A DNA stretch of 63,302 nt, counting the filler, from Reclinomonas americana ATCC 50394 (Eukaryota), in NCBI GenBank assembly GCA_048213135.1. It is 16 parts of 16 records of this genome, joined end to end, with 100 filler letters (N's around TTAATTAATTAA, not from the genome) between each part and the next. Parts side by side here need not be neighbours in the genome. Positions count along the whole stretch, not along the records: positions 23,692 to 26,197 come from AFZH01022829.1; positions 26,298 to 28,268 come from AFZH01022830.1; positions 28,369 to 30,516 come from AFZH01022831.1; positions 30,617 to 33,410 come from AFZH01022832.1; positions 33,511 to 38,620 come from AFZH01022833.1; 11 more parts are not named here. One strand, given 5' to 3'. The notes under the pieces were generated by a model. That model was not told the origin of the DNA. It saw only the letters and a list, made by a program, of their open reading frames with translations, and did no database searches. Made by a program: the position numbers and the translations under genes. Shown one piece after another: positions 25,461 through 36,500 of this stretch. Within the stretch, counting starts at the first letter, position 1. Each line of letters opens with the position of its first letter.

Positions 25461-28268
25461 ATGTCAGCGGCGGGCTCATCGGCGCCAAAGAAGAAGAAGT
25501 CCAAGTTGAGTTGGCACGCACGCCACACATAGAGAAAGAGAGAGTGACGCACACGCGCGTGTGTGATTGTGTGTGCAGTTTGTCACTCACTGATCAACGC
25601 CTACCAGAAATGCTGAGAAGGATAAGGACACTGGCAATGCAGCGGTGTGAGAGAGAGAGAGAGTGTGTGTGTGTGTGTGTGTCTGTGACTGATCACGCGC
25701 ACGCACACAGCCTGATCAAATCGCAGAGCTGAACAAGGCGATTGAGCGCGCAGAGATTGAGAAGCGCGCGTACATGCTACAAGTACGCCTTTTTCTCACT
25801 CTCTCTCTCTCTCTCTGACACACAAACACAACACACACTCACTGTGTCTCACACGCACAGGTTCGAGAGATTGAGTCGCAGAACAAGGAGTCACTGGCGG
25901 ATCTTGAGCGAAGACTGGAGATCTCTGGTGTGCGCCTCTCTCTGTCTCTCTGTCTCTGTCTCCCCGACCTCATTGCGCTCTCATGCACACGCAGAGGCCA
26001 AGCGAAGAAAGATGCAAGAGAGCCTCGACAGTGTCGACAAGCTGCAACGATACATTGTCAATCTGTATCTCGAATTCAAGGATCGCTCGTTGGATGGCAC
26101 ACAGGCTGCGGACTCTGACAAGGAGCGAGAGGAGCTCATGTCCCAGTCGCCCTTTGTTATTATCGGTCAAGTCGATGCCTTTTCTTTCAATCGTTGTNNN
26201 NNNNNNNNNNNNNNNNNNNNNNNNNNNNNNNNNNNNNNNNNTTAATTAATTAANNNNNNNNNNNNNNNNNNNNNNNNNNNNNNNNNNNNNNNNNNNNCCA
26301 AGTCAACGAACGCGACTCGCTGATCCGGAAGAAGGAGATGCGCCTCATGAGGATATCGCAGTTGGAGAGCCAGATCGAGAAGAACAAGATCAAGTTGCGA
26401 TCGTGTGCCTCCTCCAATCCCTGCTGTTGTTGCGGATTCACTCACATTTTGCATCGACACCCAGACACCAGTTTTCCATCAACCGCGTGCGCGCAGAAAA
26501 TGTGCACACCAAGGACAATTTTAAGAAGGTTGGCCTTCTTTCCTCTCGCCTCCCCATCTCCTGCTTCCCCACTCCTTGCTCACTATCTCGCACGCGACAG
26601 AACGAGTACGCCATCACCAAACTGAAGGCCGAGAAGGAGGAGCTCGAGGTGCAACTCGCTCAGGTGCGAGAGGAGTTGCGCTCCTACAAGGTGAGACGCC
26701 GTCCCGCCACCACCGCCACCCGTGCCACTCTGTGGTTCTCACGTTTTTTCTGCGCAGCTCGATGCCAACCGCACACATCGCGAGGCTCTGGAGAAGCGCA
26801 TGGAACAGCTAGAACGCTCGCTGGCCGATCGTAATCGCCAGTGCCAGTCGCTGTCAGAAGTGCGCACGCCCTCGTTGCTCTCACATTGTCACTGCTGCTG
26901 CTCCTCACACTTCTTTATTCGTGCAACAGGAGTTGGAAAAGACCAGGAACGAGCTGGGCGACGCACAACGACAGTGCTCGACGATGAAGGCCGAATACGA
27001 CCGCGTGTTTGACGCCAAGTCACGCGAGGACGCCACCCGCGTGCGCATCCAGGATCGCGTGCACAAGGAACGCATGTCGCGACAGGCGACGGAGACAGGC
27101 GAGACGTCTGCGTACGTCACCGACTACTACAAGAAGAAGCTGGCGGCCAAGGACCGCGAGATTGAGGAGTTGACGAGGCGTGTGCGCAAGCTGTTGCTGA
27201 ACGAGCACTCGAGTGTGTTGGCCGAGCGCAACCTCGAGAAGGAGCGATTGCGACTGGAGACTGAGTTGGCGGAGCTCCGCATGAAGGCCGCTCGAGCCGA
27301 CTTGCCACTTGGACCCGAGGTGGCCAGTTCGTTCGAGACTCTGGTATGTATCCGCGATCGCGTGCGTGCATGCGTGTGTGTCGCTGACTGTGTTGTCAGC
27401 GTGAGCGTGGACTCGGTGATTGGACTGGCGACGGCACGAGCAACGGAGGCGGCATGTCGTCGTTGCGTCTCACTCCCCCTCCTCCCCGCCACCCTGGCTG
27501 TGTATATTTTTCTCATGGCGATTGTGCGCTTCCACAGGAGACGGCGTGGCTCTCTCAGTTTCCGGTGAGTGTTGTGCTGTGCCTTTCTCCTTCGCTCAAC
27601 ACTGACCTGTTGTGTGCGCGACAGTGGTGACTCTGGTCGCCAATCGCCGCCCTCGCCACGCCAGAACGGGAGCAGCAAACTCGGCGGACGAGATCTCTTC
27701 CTCGGTGCTGGAGGCGGACCCGGTGGAAGCGGCAACAAGCGCCCACTCTCGTCAGGTTTCGTCGCAGTCCATCACTGCACTACACCACGCGCTTTTGGCT
27801 CACCACCATGACAGGTCGCTCACGGCCCACCAGCGCCTCCGGCAACCGCCTGTCCGGAGTCGGATCACCGCACACCTCGGTCCGCGTGGGTGCACTGCTG
27901 TAAGAGTAACAATAGATACGAACACCGGAATACATACCGATCCCGACACGATCGACAACTACGAAACGTGGAGGGGGGAAAGGAAGCGACGTCGCAATGT
28001 CCTCTCTGTCATACAATCATCCGGTCGATATCCACGAACATGGGATCTGCGTCTTCCTCTCGTTCCACCACCTCCTCCTCGGCATCAGAGACCATCAAAG
28101 TCTTCAAACAAGTGGCTGCTGATGAGAGATGGGTGCGACAATGAGAGAGAGAGGGAGAGTGAGATTTTCGCGCGCTCACACTTCTTGTCTCTCTCTCTCA
28201 CACACACACAGGAGGTGGAGCTGTCGCCCGCGCTCAGCGAGGTGCCCAATATGAAGCAAGTGGAGGCA
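25461..28268 (+). CDS. Long coiled-coil protein with basic N-terminus (PKKKKSK) and Ser/Pro-rich tail; family unassigned, 3' incomplete
   Basis: Exons join in frame: MSAAGSSAPKKKKSK/NAEKDKDTGNAA/PDQIAELNKAIERAEIEKRAYMLQ/VREIESQNKESLADLERRLEIS/EAKRRKMQE... Heptad-rich exons continue after the 26198 gap. Confidence 0.7.
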
Positions 28269-28368
28269 NNNNNNNNNNNNNNNNNNNNNNNNNNNNNNNN
28301 NNNNNNNNNNNNTTAATTAATTAANNNNNNNNNNNNNNNNNNNNNNNNNNNNNNNNNNNNNNNNNNNN

Positions 28369-28486
<118 letters not shown>

Positions 28487-28519
28487 CTCATCTCGTCTCC
28501 TCGCCAGCTCATCTGCAGG

Positions 28520-29508
28520 CGCTTTCGTGTCGGTTACTGGCCGCGGCCATCCGGCACATGGAGACACTGGAGGAGTTGTCGCTGATCTCGTGTGAGCTCA
28601 AGTACGATGGAGTGGCGGCACTGGAGAGTGTCTTGTCGGCGGCGCCAGCGTATGTGTATGTGCCGCCCGCGCTGGAGGGCGAGGTGGGAGTGGCGCGCTA
28701 CTATCGCCTGCGCCACTTGTCGCTGGCCAACAACTCGCTCGGCGAGTGGGGAGCGGAGGAGGTCGCCAACATTCTCTGCTCGCCACATGTGCGACTGGTG
28801 TCGTTGGATCTGGCCGGTAACGACATTGGCGATGTCGGTGTGCGCAAGCTCGTTGGTCCGCTGCGACGGCACCGCACACTGTGTCGACTGGATCTGGCCG
28901 CTAACATGATTGGCGATGTGGGGGCCATGCTGTTGGCGTCGCTCCTCGCCGACAATGTGCTGGGTCTCGATGGCGATGGCGGTGACGATGATGATGACGA
29001 CGACGACGATGGTGGTGTGCATGGCGACGACAGCATGACCGACAGCAGCCAGGAGGGTCGGGTAGTGGGCGGCTCATCGGAGACTGTGCTGCACACGCTC
29101 ATGCTGCAAGAGAACGACATTGGGCTGATGGGCGCCTTTGCGTTTGCGGGCGCCATTGAGAAGAATCAGTCGCTCACCGTGCTCAACCTGGAACGTTGCG
29201 GCGCGGCCTTGTTTCATGGTGTTCATGCTCACTGACTCCTTCGTTGGACTTTCACAGGCAACCTGATTGACGACACGGGTGCGCAGGCGCTGCATCGCGC
29301 TCTCCTGCGCAACACATCGCTTCTCAACCTCGCACTGGCCGGCAATGCCGTCCCCGTGGCCGCACCGGCGTCGGGCAGTGGCGCCGCAGGTGCCGAGATT
29401 CGGTGGGACTACGTTCCACACGAGACGCTGAGCCTCATTCGCGAAGAACTGGTGAGCATACCCAGCAAAATGGGACGCGAGCCGAGTGAAGGCGGTCGTC
29501 ATCGGTAG
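28520..29508 (+). CDS. RI-like leucine-rich repeat protein (NLRC3/RanGAP-type LRRs), 3' part
   Basis: LRHLSLANNSLGEWGAEEVA, LVSLDLAGNDIGDVGVRKL, LCRLDLAANMIGDVGA, LMLQENDIGLMGA, LTVLNLE/RNLIDDTGAQAL; TAG at 29506-29508. Confidence 0.88.
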
Positions 29509-29653
29509 TCATTCGCGCAATTCACTCGGTGAACTCGTGAGCATTGGAACAACAACAACGACAACACAAAAAACAAGATACAACGCCGGCGGAACGAAAA
29601 CACTCATTCTTCACGGAAGATGAGTCGGTGCGACGCGAAAAGTGGCGGGCGGT

Positions 29654-30480
29654 TTAGAAGGGGAAGTTCTTGACCGGCACAGCCCAGTCGCAGTAGCTGT
29701 ACGATTGAAAATGAGTACTCGTGGTGACGTGAGGGAAAGCAGTATCTGCGGGAAATTAGCAAACCTCTCAATGGCCAAGTTGTTCACACCGCGGACCTGT
29801 GCAGACGGGGAGACAGTGAGTGGAAGAGACCAACTACTTGGAGCTCATAGAAGCATCACACTCACGATGCGGAACCAGCCACGCTCGCTGCGCATTGGCA
29901 AGAAGCAATGAGTAACATGCGAGAGAAACACGTGTGAGCAAAATGCAACAGACTCACCCCCAGTAGGTGCCCCTGGTGACGGAAAAAGAGAGGAAGAGAA
30001 GCGCGTTAGTGGACAGAACTGCAGCGGCAGATTGTAAAGTGCACAGAAACATACCAGCCTGCAGGAGGTGAAAGAAATGCAGGTGAGCAGTGGAACAGCA
30101 GCGATCACACCAACTCAATACTGCACGCAACTGTTGCGGCCAATCCAGTACTTGGTGCCCGACGGGTCCACACCCCAGCCTGCGAGTATCGTCGTGCGTC
30201 AGCACATGATCAAAGTCTGCGCCCTTACGAAAACATCACTCACCGACAATGCTGATAATGTGGTTGACGCTCTGCGCGCCAGTGGTGTCTACGTACAGAG
30301 AAATCAGTGCCAGCAACACTCCGCTGAGCCGATCACAGCAAAACCAAGTCACCCTTGAAGATGCCACCCGTGTAGTTCTCGAACTCGGCAGTCACGTCCA
30401 TGCCGCAGGCAATCGGACCTGCACCGACAACACGTGAACACGGGGAAGGAGAAGGGGGGGAAGAGCAAAGAGGGGAGGGG

Positions 30481-30516
<36 letters not shown>

Positions 30517-32115
30517 NNNNNNNNNNNNNNNNNNNNNNNNNNNNNNNNNNNNNNNNNNNNTTAATTAATTAANNNNNNNNNNNNNNNNNNNNNNNNNNNN
30601 NNNNNNNNNNNNNNNNGCAAAGGGGGAGAGCAAAGGGGGAAGAGCAAAAGCGGAAGAGCAAAGGGGGAAGAGCAAAAGCGGAAGAGCAAAGGGGGGAGAG
30701 CGAGAGAGAACACAACAGGCATACGAACCGCGAGCAAAGATCTCAGCCATCATGTTGGCCTCGCCGTTGATGGTGCCGTGCTCCTTCACGTAGTACTACA
30801 GCCGGTGATGGTTAGTAAAAAGGACTGACTCAGCCAACAGGATGCACCCCGAACTTACCAAAATCTGAGGCTGCGCGCGTCGGAAACGAAGAAAAGAAGT
30901 CAGTCGACAAGAAAATGACTCAGAAACAACAACAGCGGATGCCAACCTTCTGCGCCCAGCACTTCTCCGGCGTGCAGTTCTTGCACACGTTCTCCGGATC
31001 GCACTCCTCGTCCTTGGCTGCGCAGCGAGTGGATCGTGTGAGCGCCAGCGACGAGAACTACAATTTTCAGTCGACACCAACCGAGGTAGGGAGAGCAGGT
31101 CTGCAGGGGTGTAACGGTGAGTGAAAGCAAAGCGCAGAGAGGCCTACTCATAGCGACATACCTCGTCGGGAATGCCGTTCTTCATCACGTAGTCGTAGAC
31201 ACCAGTCGGGCTGCCGCCTGTTAATGTACATGCCGCAAATGAGCAATACACGCAGGAGAGGGTGGAAGAGTCACGTCGACTCACCGCCGCACGTGCCGAT
31301 GGAGCTGGCGCAGTTGAGCAGCACTGCAAACAGACAAACACACAGTTGGAACGTGCACACGAGAAGGAGGCTTCACATTGATCCTATCCACCTTGCGGCT
31401 GCACGGAGTGGGGAATGATGAGTTTCACGAAGGACATGCAACACGACAAACTACATCGACTGACATACCGAGGTGACAACATCGGGCCACTGAGCGCTGC
31501 GCATCTGTGACGGAGGGAGTGGCGAGTCAGTCAATGTGCACGGAAGCAGACATCTCGGTGGCGAGACGAAACGATCTTGATGCGGTCCTGTGACACGCAA
31601 GGGAACGATGAGTACACACGCCGTTGCGAGCGCGAGATGGGGGGAACATGAACGCAACATTGAAAGCCGACAGAGCACCAAATGCCCAGCAGCTTCCTGT
31701 GTGGATGACGGAGAGTCAGCAACATAGCAGGGTCATGATGGAAGCGTTGCGCAGTCGCCGACGCGAACGAACCGCAGTATTGCTGTGCGTGGAGCACGAG
31801 ACAGTGAGTGATCAAGACGATGAACGGCGAGATGCGAGCAGGCAAAACTCACCGGCTGTCAGGCAAAGAAAAAGAAGAAAAGGGAGAGGCAAGCAGGCAG
31901 CGATAAGTTGGCTGCTCAAGCAGAGCACACACGATGAATGCACGACAAAGCAACAAACCACATGCTGGTTGCGGCTCAAAGTCTGTCACATCAAGCACAG
32001 TCGTCAGTGGAACCGAGCACGCAAAGACACAGAGAGGAGACAGGAGCAGCTACGCAACGACGTAGTTGACACCGCTGACATTGCGCCAGTCGAAGCTCGG
32101 CGGGAGGTCGCCAAC
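29654..32115 (-). CDS. CTSZ: Cathepsin Z/X (papain C1A carboxypeptidase) mature domain, about 20 tiny exons
   Basis: Spliced sequence: VGDLPPSFDWRNVSGVNYV-TLSRNQHV-P-QYCG-SCWAFGALSAFN-DRIKI-MRSAQWPDVVTS-PQV-LLNC...GIPDE-TCSPYL...IFAR-GPIACG...[49 protein letters not shown]..*. The RNQHxPQYCGSCWA motif is diagnostic of cathepsin X. The gene spans the 30517 gap; prepro exons were not found. Confidence 0.95.
30617..30700. repeat. Intronic ~14-bp tandem repeat
   Basis: (gcaaagggggaaga / gcaaaagcggaaga)n. Confidence 0.85.
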
Positions 32116-32189
32116 CTGCAAAAAAGGGAAGAGTGAGTGAACAAGGAACAAAGAGAGATGAGGAGAAGTAGAAGAAGAAGAAGGAGAGG

Positions 32190-33315
32190 AGAAGAGCAGC
32201 GCATTCAATGAATGAACAGGTAAATAAGGAGGGGAACAAAGGCAAAGACTGAGGAATGAGGAGAGCAGGCAACAGAACGAGAGGAGAGGCAAAGCGTGGA
32301 GAGAGAAAGGACTGAGGAATGAGAAAAGCAGTGCAATCAATGAACCAGCAGGCAACCAAGGAGAGAACGAGAGAGCGCAGGTCACTGATCAGAGTGAGGA
32401 CTGCGGCAAGAGGAGGGCAGGCACGCCACGAGAGAACGAGAGGAGAGGCAAAGCGATGACAGAGTGCGAGCGGAGGACGAGAACAGCAGTGCATTCACTG
32501 AAGAGCAGGCAAGCAAGGAGAGAATGAGAGAAAGAGCAGGTCATCAGAGTGAGGACTGATGAGGAGAGCACGCAATCCACGAGAGAAGGAGACGAGAGGC
32601 AAAGCGTGGAGAGAGAAAGGACTGAGAATGAGAAGAGCAGTGCCATCAATGAACGAGCAGGAGAACGAAGAGAAAGAGCAGGTCACTGGTCAGAGTGAGG
32701 ACTGAGGAGTGAGGAATTCAAGGCAAAGAACGAGATGAGAGCAGTGTGCTGGAAGGCAGATGAAGTGAGGACTGAGAATGAGGAGAGCAGTGCAATCAAT
32801 GAACGAGCAGGCATCCAAGGAGAGAACAGAGGCAGGGGCAGAGTGAGGACTGAAGAGGAGAAGCGCAGCCAATCCACGAGAGAAGGAGACGAGAGGCAAA
32901 GCGTGGAGAGAGAAAGGACTGAGGAATGAGAACAGCAGTGCATTCAATGAAGAGCAGGCAAACAAGGAGAGAACGAAGAGAAAGAGAAGGTCATCAGAGT
33001 GAGGATTGATGAGGAGAGCACGCAATCCACGAGAGAAGGAGACGAGAGGCACAGACGACATGAGAGCTGTGTGCTGAGAATGAGAAGAGCAGTGCCATCA
33101 ATGAACGAGCAGGCAACCAAGGCGAGAACGAAGAGAAAGAGCAGGTCACTGATCAGAGTGAGGACTGAGGAATGAGGGATTCAAGGCAAAGAACGACATG
33201 AGAGCAGTGTGCTGGAAGGCAGATGAAGTGAGGACTGAGAATATGAGAAGAGCAGTGCAATCAATGAACGAGCAGCCAACCAAGGCGAGAAGAGAAAGAG
33301 CAGGTCACACTGATC
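32190..33315. repeat. Purine-rich modular minisatellite (~100-150 bp shuffled units) upstream of the cathepsin mature-domain exon, probably intronic
   Basis: Recurrent modules aggcaaagcgtggagagagaaaggactgag, agcagtgcaatcaatgaacgagcagg, gagaaagagcaggtcactgatcagagtgaggactg and gcagtgtgctggaaggcagatgaagtgaggactgagaat (two copies). Confidence 0.9.
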
Positions 33316-33510
33316 ACCAATCAGTCCGGAAACACAATGCCAGGGGTCAATGCACACACACAAACACAATCATCACTCCCCTTTCTCTCTCTCCTCCTCC
33401 TACTCTCTCCNNNNNNNNNNNNNNNNNNNNNNNNNNNNNNNNNNNNNNNNNNNNTTAATTAATTAANNNNNNNNNNNNNNNNNNNNNNNNNNNNNNNNNN
33501 NNNNNNNNNN

Positions 33511-36500
33511 CAATGTGTGTGTGTGCCGCTGCTGCCACCTGGCAAAATACGGCGGTGTAGGTGCTGCCAGCGTGTGGCCTCGAGTAGCACCACTCTTGTT
33601 CTCGCCTCCACGTCGACGCTCGGATCGGTATCCACCACCGGAGTCGCTTCCTGCCCGCGGCTGGCTGCAGAATCGGATCCGGCGGCATCTGAATCCACAT
33701 CCATGCTGACGCCGGACACAAGCGTGAGATCGCTCGCGTTGCGTCGATGCGCATGCTGAAGGATGCCATCGACAAAGCCCTCGGGAGTGTGATGCGCATG
33801 TGAAGAGCGCATACGTGTGAGAGGAAGGGTCGCGAGAGCGCGGGCGATGTCCCACTCTGATTCGGCCTCAGATCCAGATCCAGATCCATCTGCTGATGCC
33901 GATGTCGACGCCGACCCCAGCATTCGTACATCCAGATCCCCCTCCTCCTCGTCGTGCTCCTCACTTGCACGATCATCGCCGCCTCCGGATTCGTCAGAAC
34001 GCTGTTGAGGTTGTACTTGTTCGTCGCGATCGGCAAGTGCGTGCACGGCAACATGCTTGCAAACAGAGATGACCTCCGTGATCGCGGCAGCGAGCGCCGT
34101 GTGATACTCCAAATGCACGTTATCAAACGTTTCACGATCGCTCACAGTTGACTGTGCCAAGTCACACGCCACGGAGTACGAGGAGCGCTCGATTTCTGAA
34201 GAGAATTCAGCCCTGCAAGAGAAAAGATCATTAGCAAACCATGTGTCATTCGCAACACATGTACATTGACATTGCACCAACACTCGAGCTCACCTGCGGT
34301 GTGGAGCGATATCATCCGTAGCCCATACAGCAGGCGCTCGTTGAGGCGCAGTCGGCGCTGGTGCTGTATATGCACTTGCGAGTGCGGCGTGAATGGGGCC
34401 TCGCATGACGACGCTCTCCTCGCCAGCTGAGTTCGAACTTGCCGTTGCACATGCACGCATGAGGCCTGCAGCACTTCCGTGCTTGGCACACGCACGAGCA
34501 GCACGCCCCATCGCAAGAAAGGCCGTGACTGCCGATGTAAGCGCTCGTTTCACTGCGACAATCACATCAAGTGTCGACATGTCAGCAGTTACCATGCACA
34601 TGTCGACATCTCTCTCTAGATCTCCACCAGTGCACCTCCATCGCGCACTATGTGTCACCCAATCCCTTCCACTAAACAAGCACGATTTTAGCTGAAAGCT
34701 CGAGCTCATAGTATGCATACTATCGCCCCAGAGAGTGCCGCACCCTCTCTCCTACAGCTATCAAAGTGTGCACCTGTCACTCGTTTCTCAATCTCACTAC
34801 CAGATCTAGCTGATAGGATAGTTGTTACGTGTACGCACATCGTTCCTTTGCCTTCCTGATAGCCACTTCCAGTCTGGTCTCGCCGTCGACTGCTGCTGGA
34901 ACCGACGCCACCGCGACCGGCACCGCGGCACCGTCACCTGCAGCTGAAGAAGCACTCTCACACTCACTCCCGGCTGCGCTGCTGCTGCTGGCCATGCCCA
35001 GTGAGTGTGCTGCATCGCCTTCCAAAACGAAATCTGAGTCTGAGCCGTCGCCATCGCCGTCTCCAGATCCGTCACACTCCATCGCCGAGTCGCCATCGGC
35101 ACCATCGGCTGTGCCCTCGGACCCGACATCGTTGTGCTCTTGATACAAAGCGCTGCACAGCTGTGCCACGACAATGTACGCCAGCTCCTCCGGCGGCGTT
35201 CCCAAAGCCGCCACCGCAACTTGCGCGGAGTAGCAGGTACCAGCAGTAGTGCAAACAGTCAACCTCACGGCCTCGTCTAAGCCATCCGTCACCCTTGTCA
35301 CGGTGTCGCAGATCACCTTCGTACATGTCGATGCACGCGGCGTCGTCGGCTTGCTGCGGGTGCCAGGCGTGTACACCGCGAGGTTTTCGGCAATCTGCTC
35401 ACACAGCAGACCGACTGGGTGTCGCAACGCATGTCGCAATGCAGCAGCGATGCGCAGTTCTTCTCTCTCCTTCGCATACAACATATGCGTGCCGTCGACG
35501 TTGGCGAGTGATTTGCTATCATGATCAGCCGCTGCGTGCAACCGGAAGTCAGCTCGTGATGAACATGTATGAGCAATGCATTTGAGTGGCACCAGCTTGC
35601 ACTTACCCTCGTCCACCTCCTCGTCATCGGCACCATCAAGAGGATCGATTGCCATGTGTTGCAAAAGCTCCATCACCTCCAGTTCCATATCTTCCGTCTT
35701 GTCCGTGCGCTCGCCACCGCGCTTGTTGTCTTCGTCTTCATCGTCGCCACCATCTTCATGATCATCTTCACGCTCCACGTCGAATATTGACTTCTTGTCA
35801 TTGAGCTTCGTCTTGTTCTTGGCAGTGGCAACCTTGGACTCTATTGCAATGGAAGTGGTAGCAATATATAGTGAGTGCCCGTAGTGATCATGACTCACAA
35901 AGACCCACAATATTGCAAATGACGCACTGAAAGAGTCAAATGCGCTTGTCAATAGGTGCGAGGCAGGTTTAAGCCACCGGGCAAGAAGCTGAGTGGATGC
36001 GATCGCCGTGGATGAACTCCGGATCGCTGCGCAGGAACACCACCAAGAATTGTGAGCTACAGATCGCGGATATCGAGTCATGATCACGCTCACGCACAAA
36101 CAACTCACCGCTCAGCAGATACGCCGAGTATGCATACCGCTGTACGCACGTCACAAATGACTCCCGCACTTCCTCCAGAGCGTGCATCACACAATGCACT
36201 GCGTCCTGTACCGCCGGGTCGTCGCGAGCATGCCATGTGGTGAGCAGCTTGTGCGCAACTGTCGCAAATGCATGTTCGCCAGCTGCATAGTCCTCGTTGA
36301 CGATCGCCTCGCAGACAGCAACGTCAAAGGCGTGCAGTTGTCGGTTCTTGACCTGGGCCTCGTCTGCGCAGGCATCATGGAGTGATAATCAGTGAATTCC
36401 TCACCATAACTACGACTTATTCGTGTGCAACGTTAACACTCACCCGACAGCTGCGCCTCGTGTCGAATCCGTGCATCAGTTGCCTCGCGTGTTGGTGGCG

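Noticed and set aside
32190..33315. CRISPR-like repeat-spacer array
   Set aside because: The modules are degenerate and shuffled with no unique spacers, there are no cas genes, and the context is eukaryotic.
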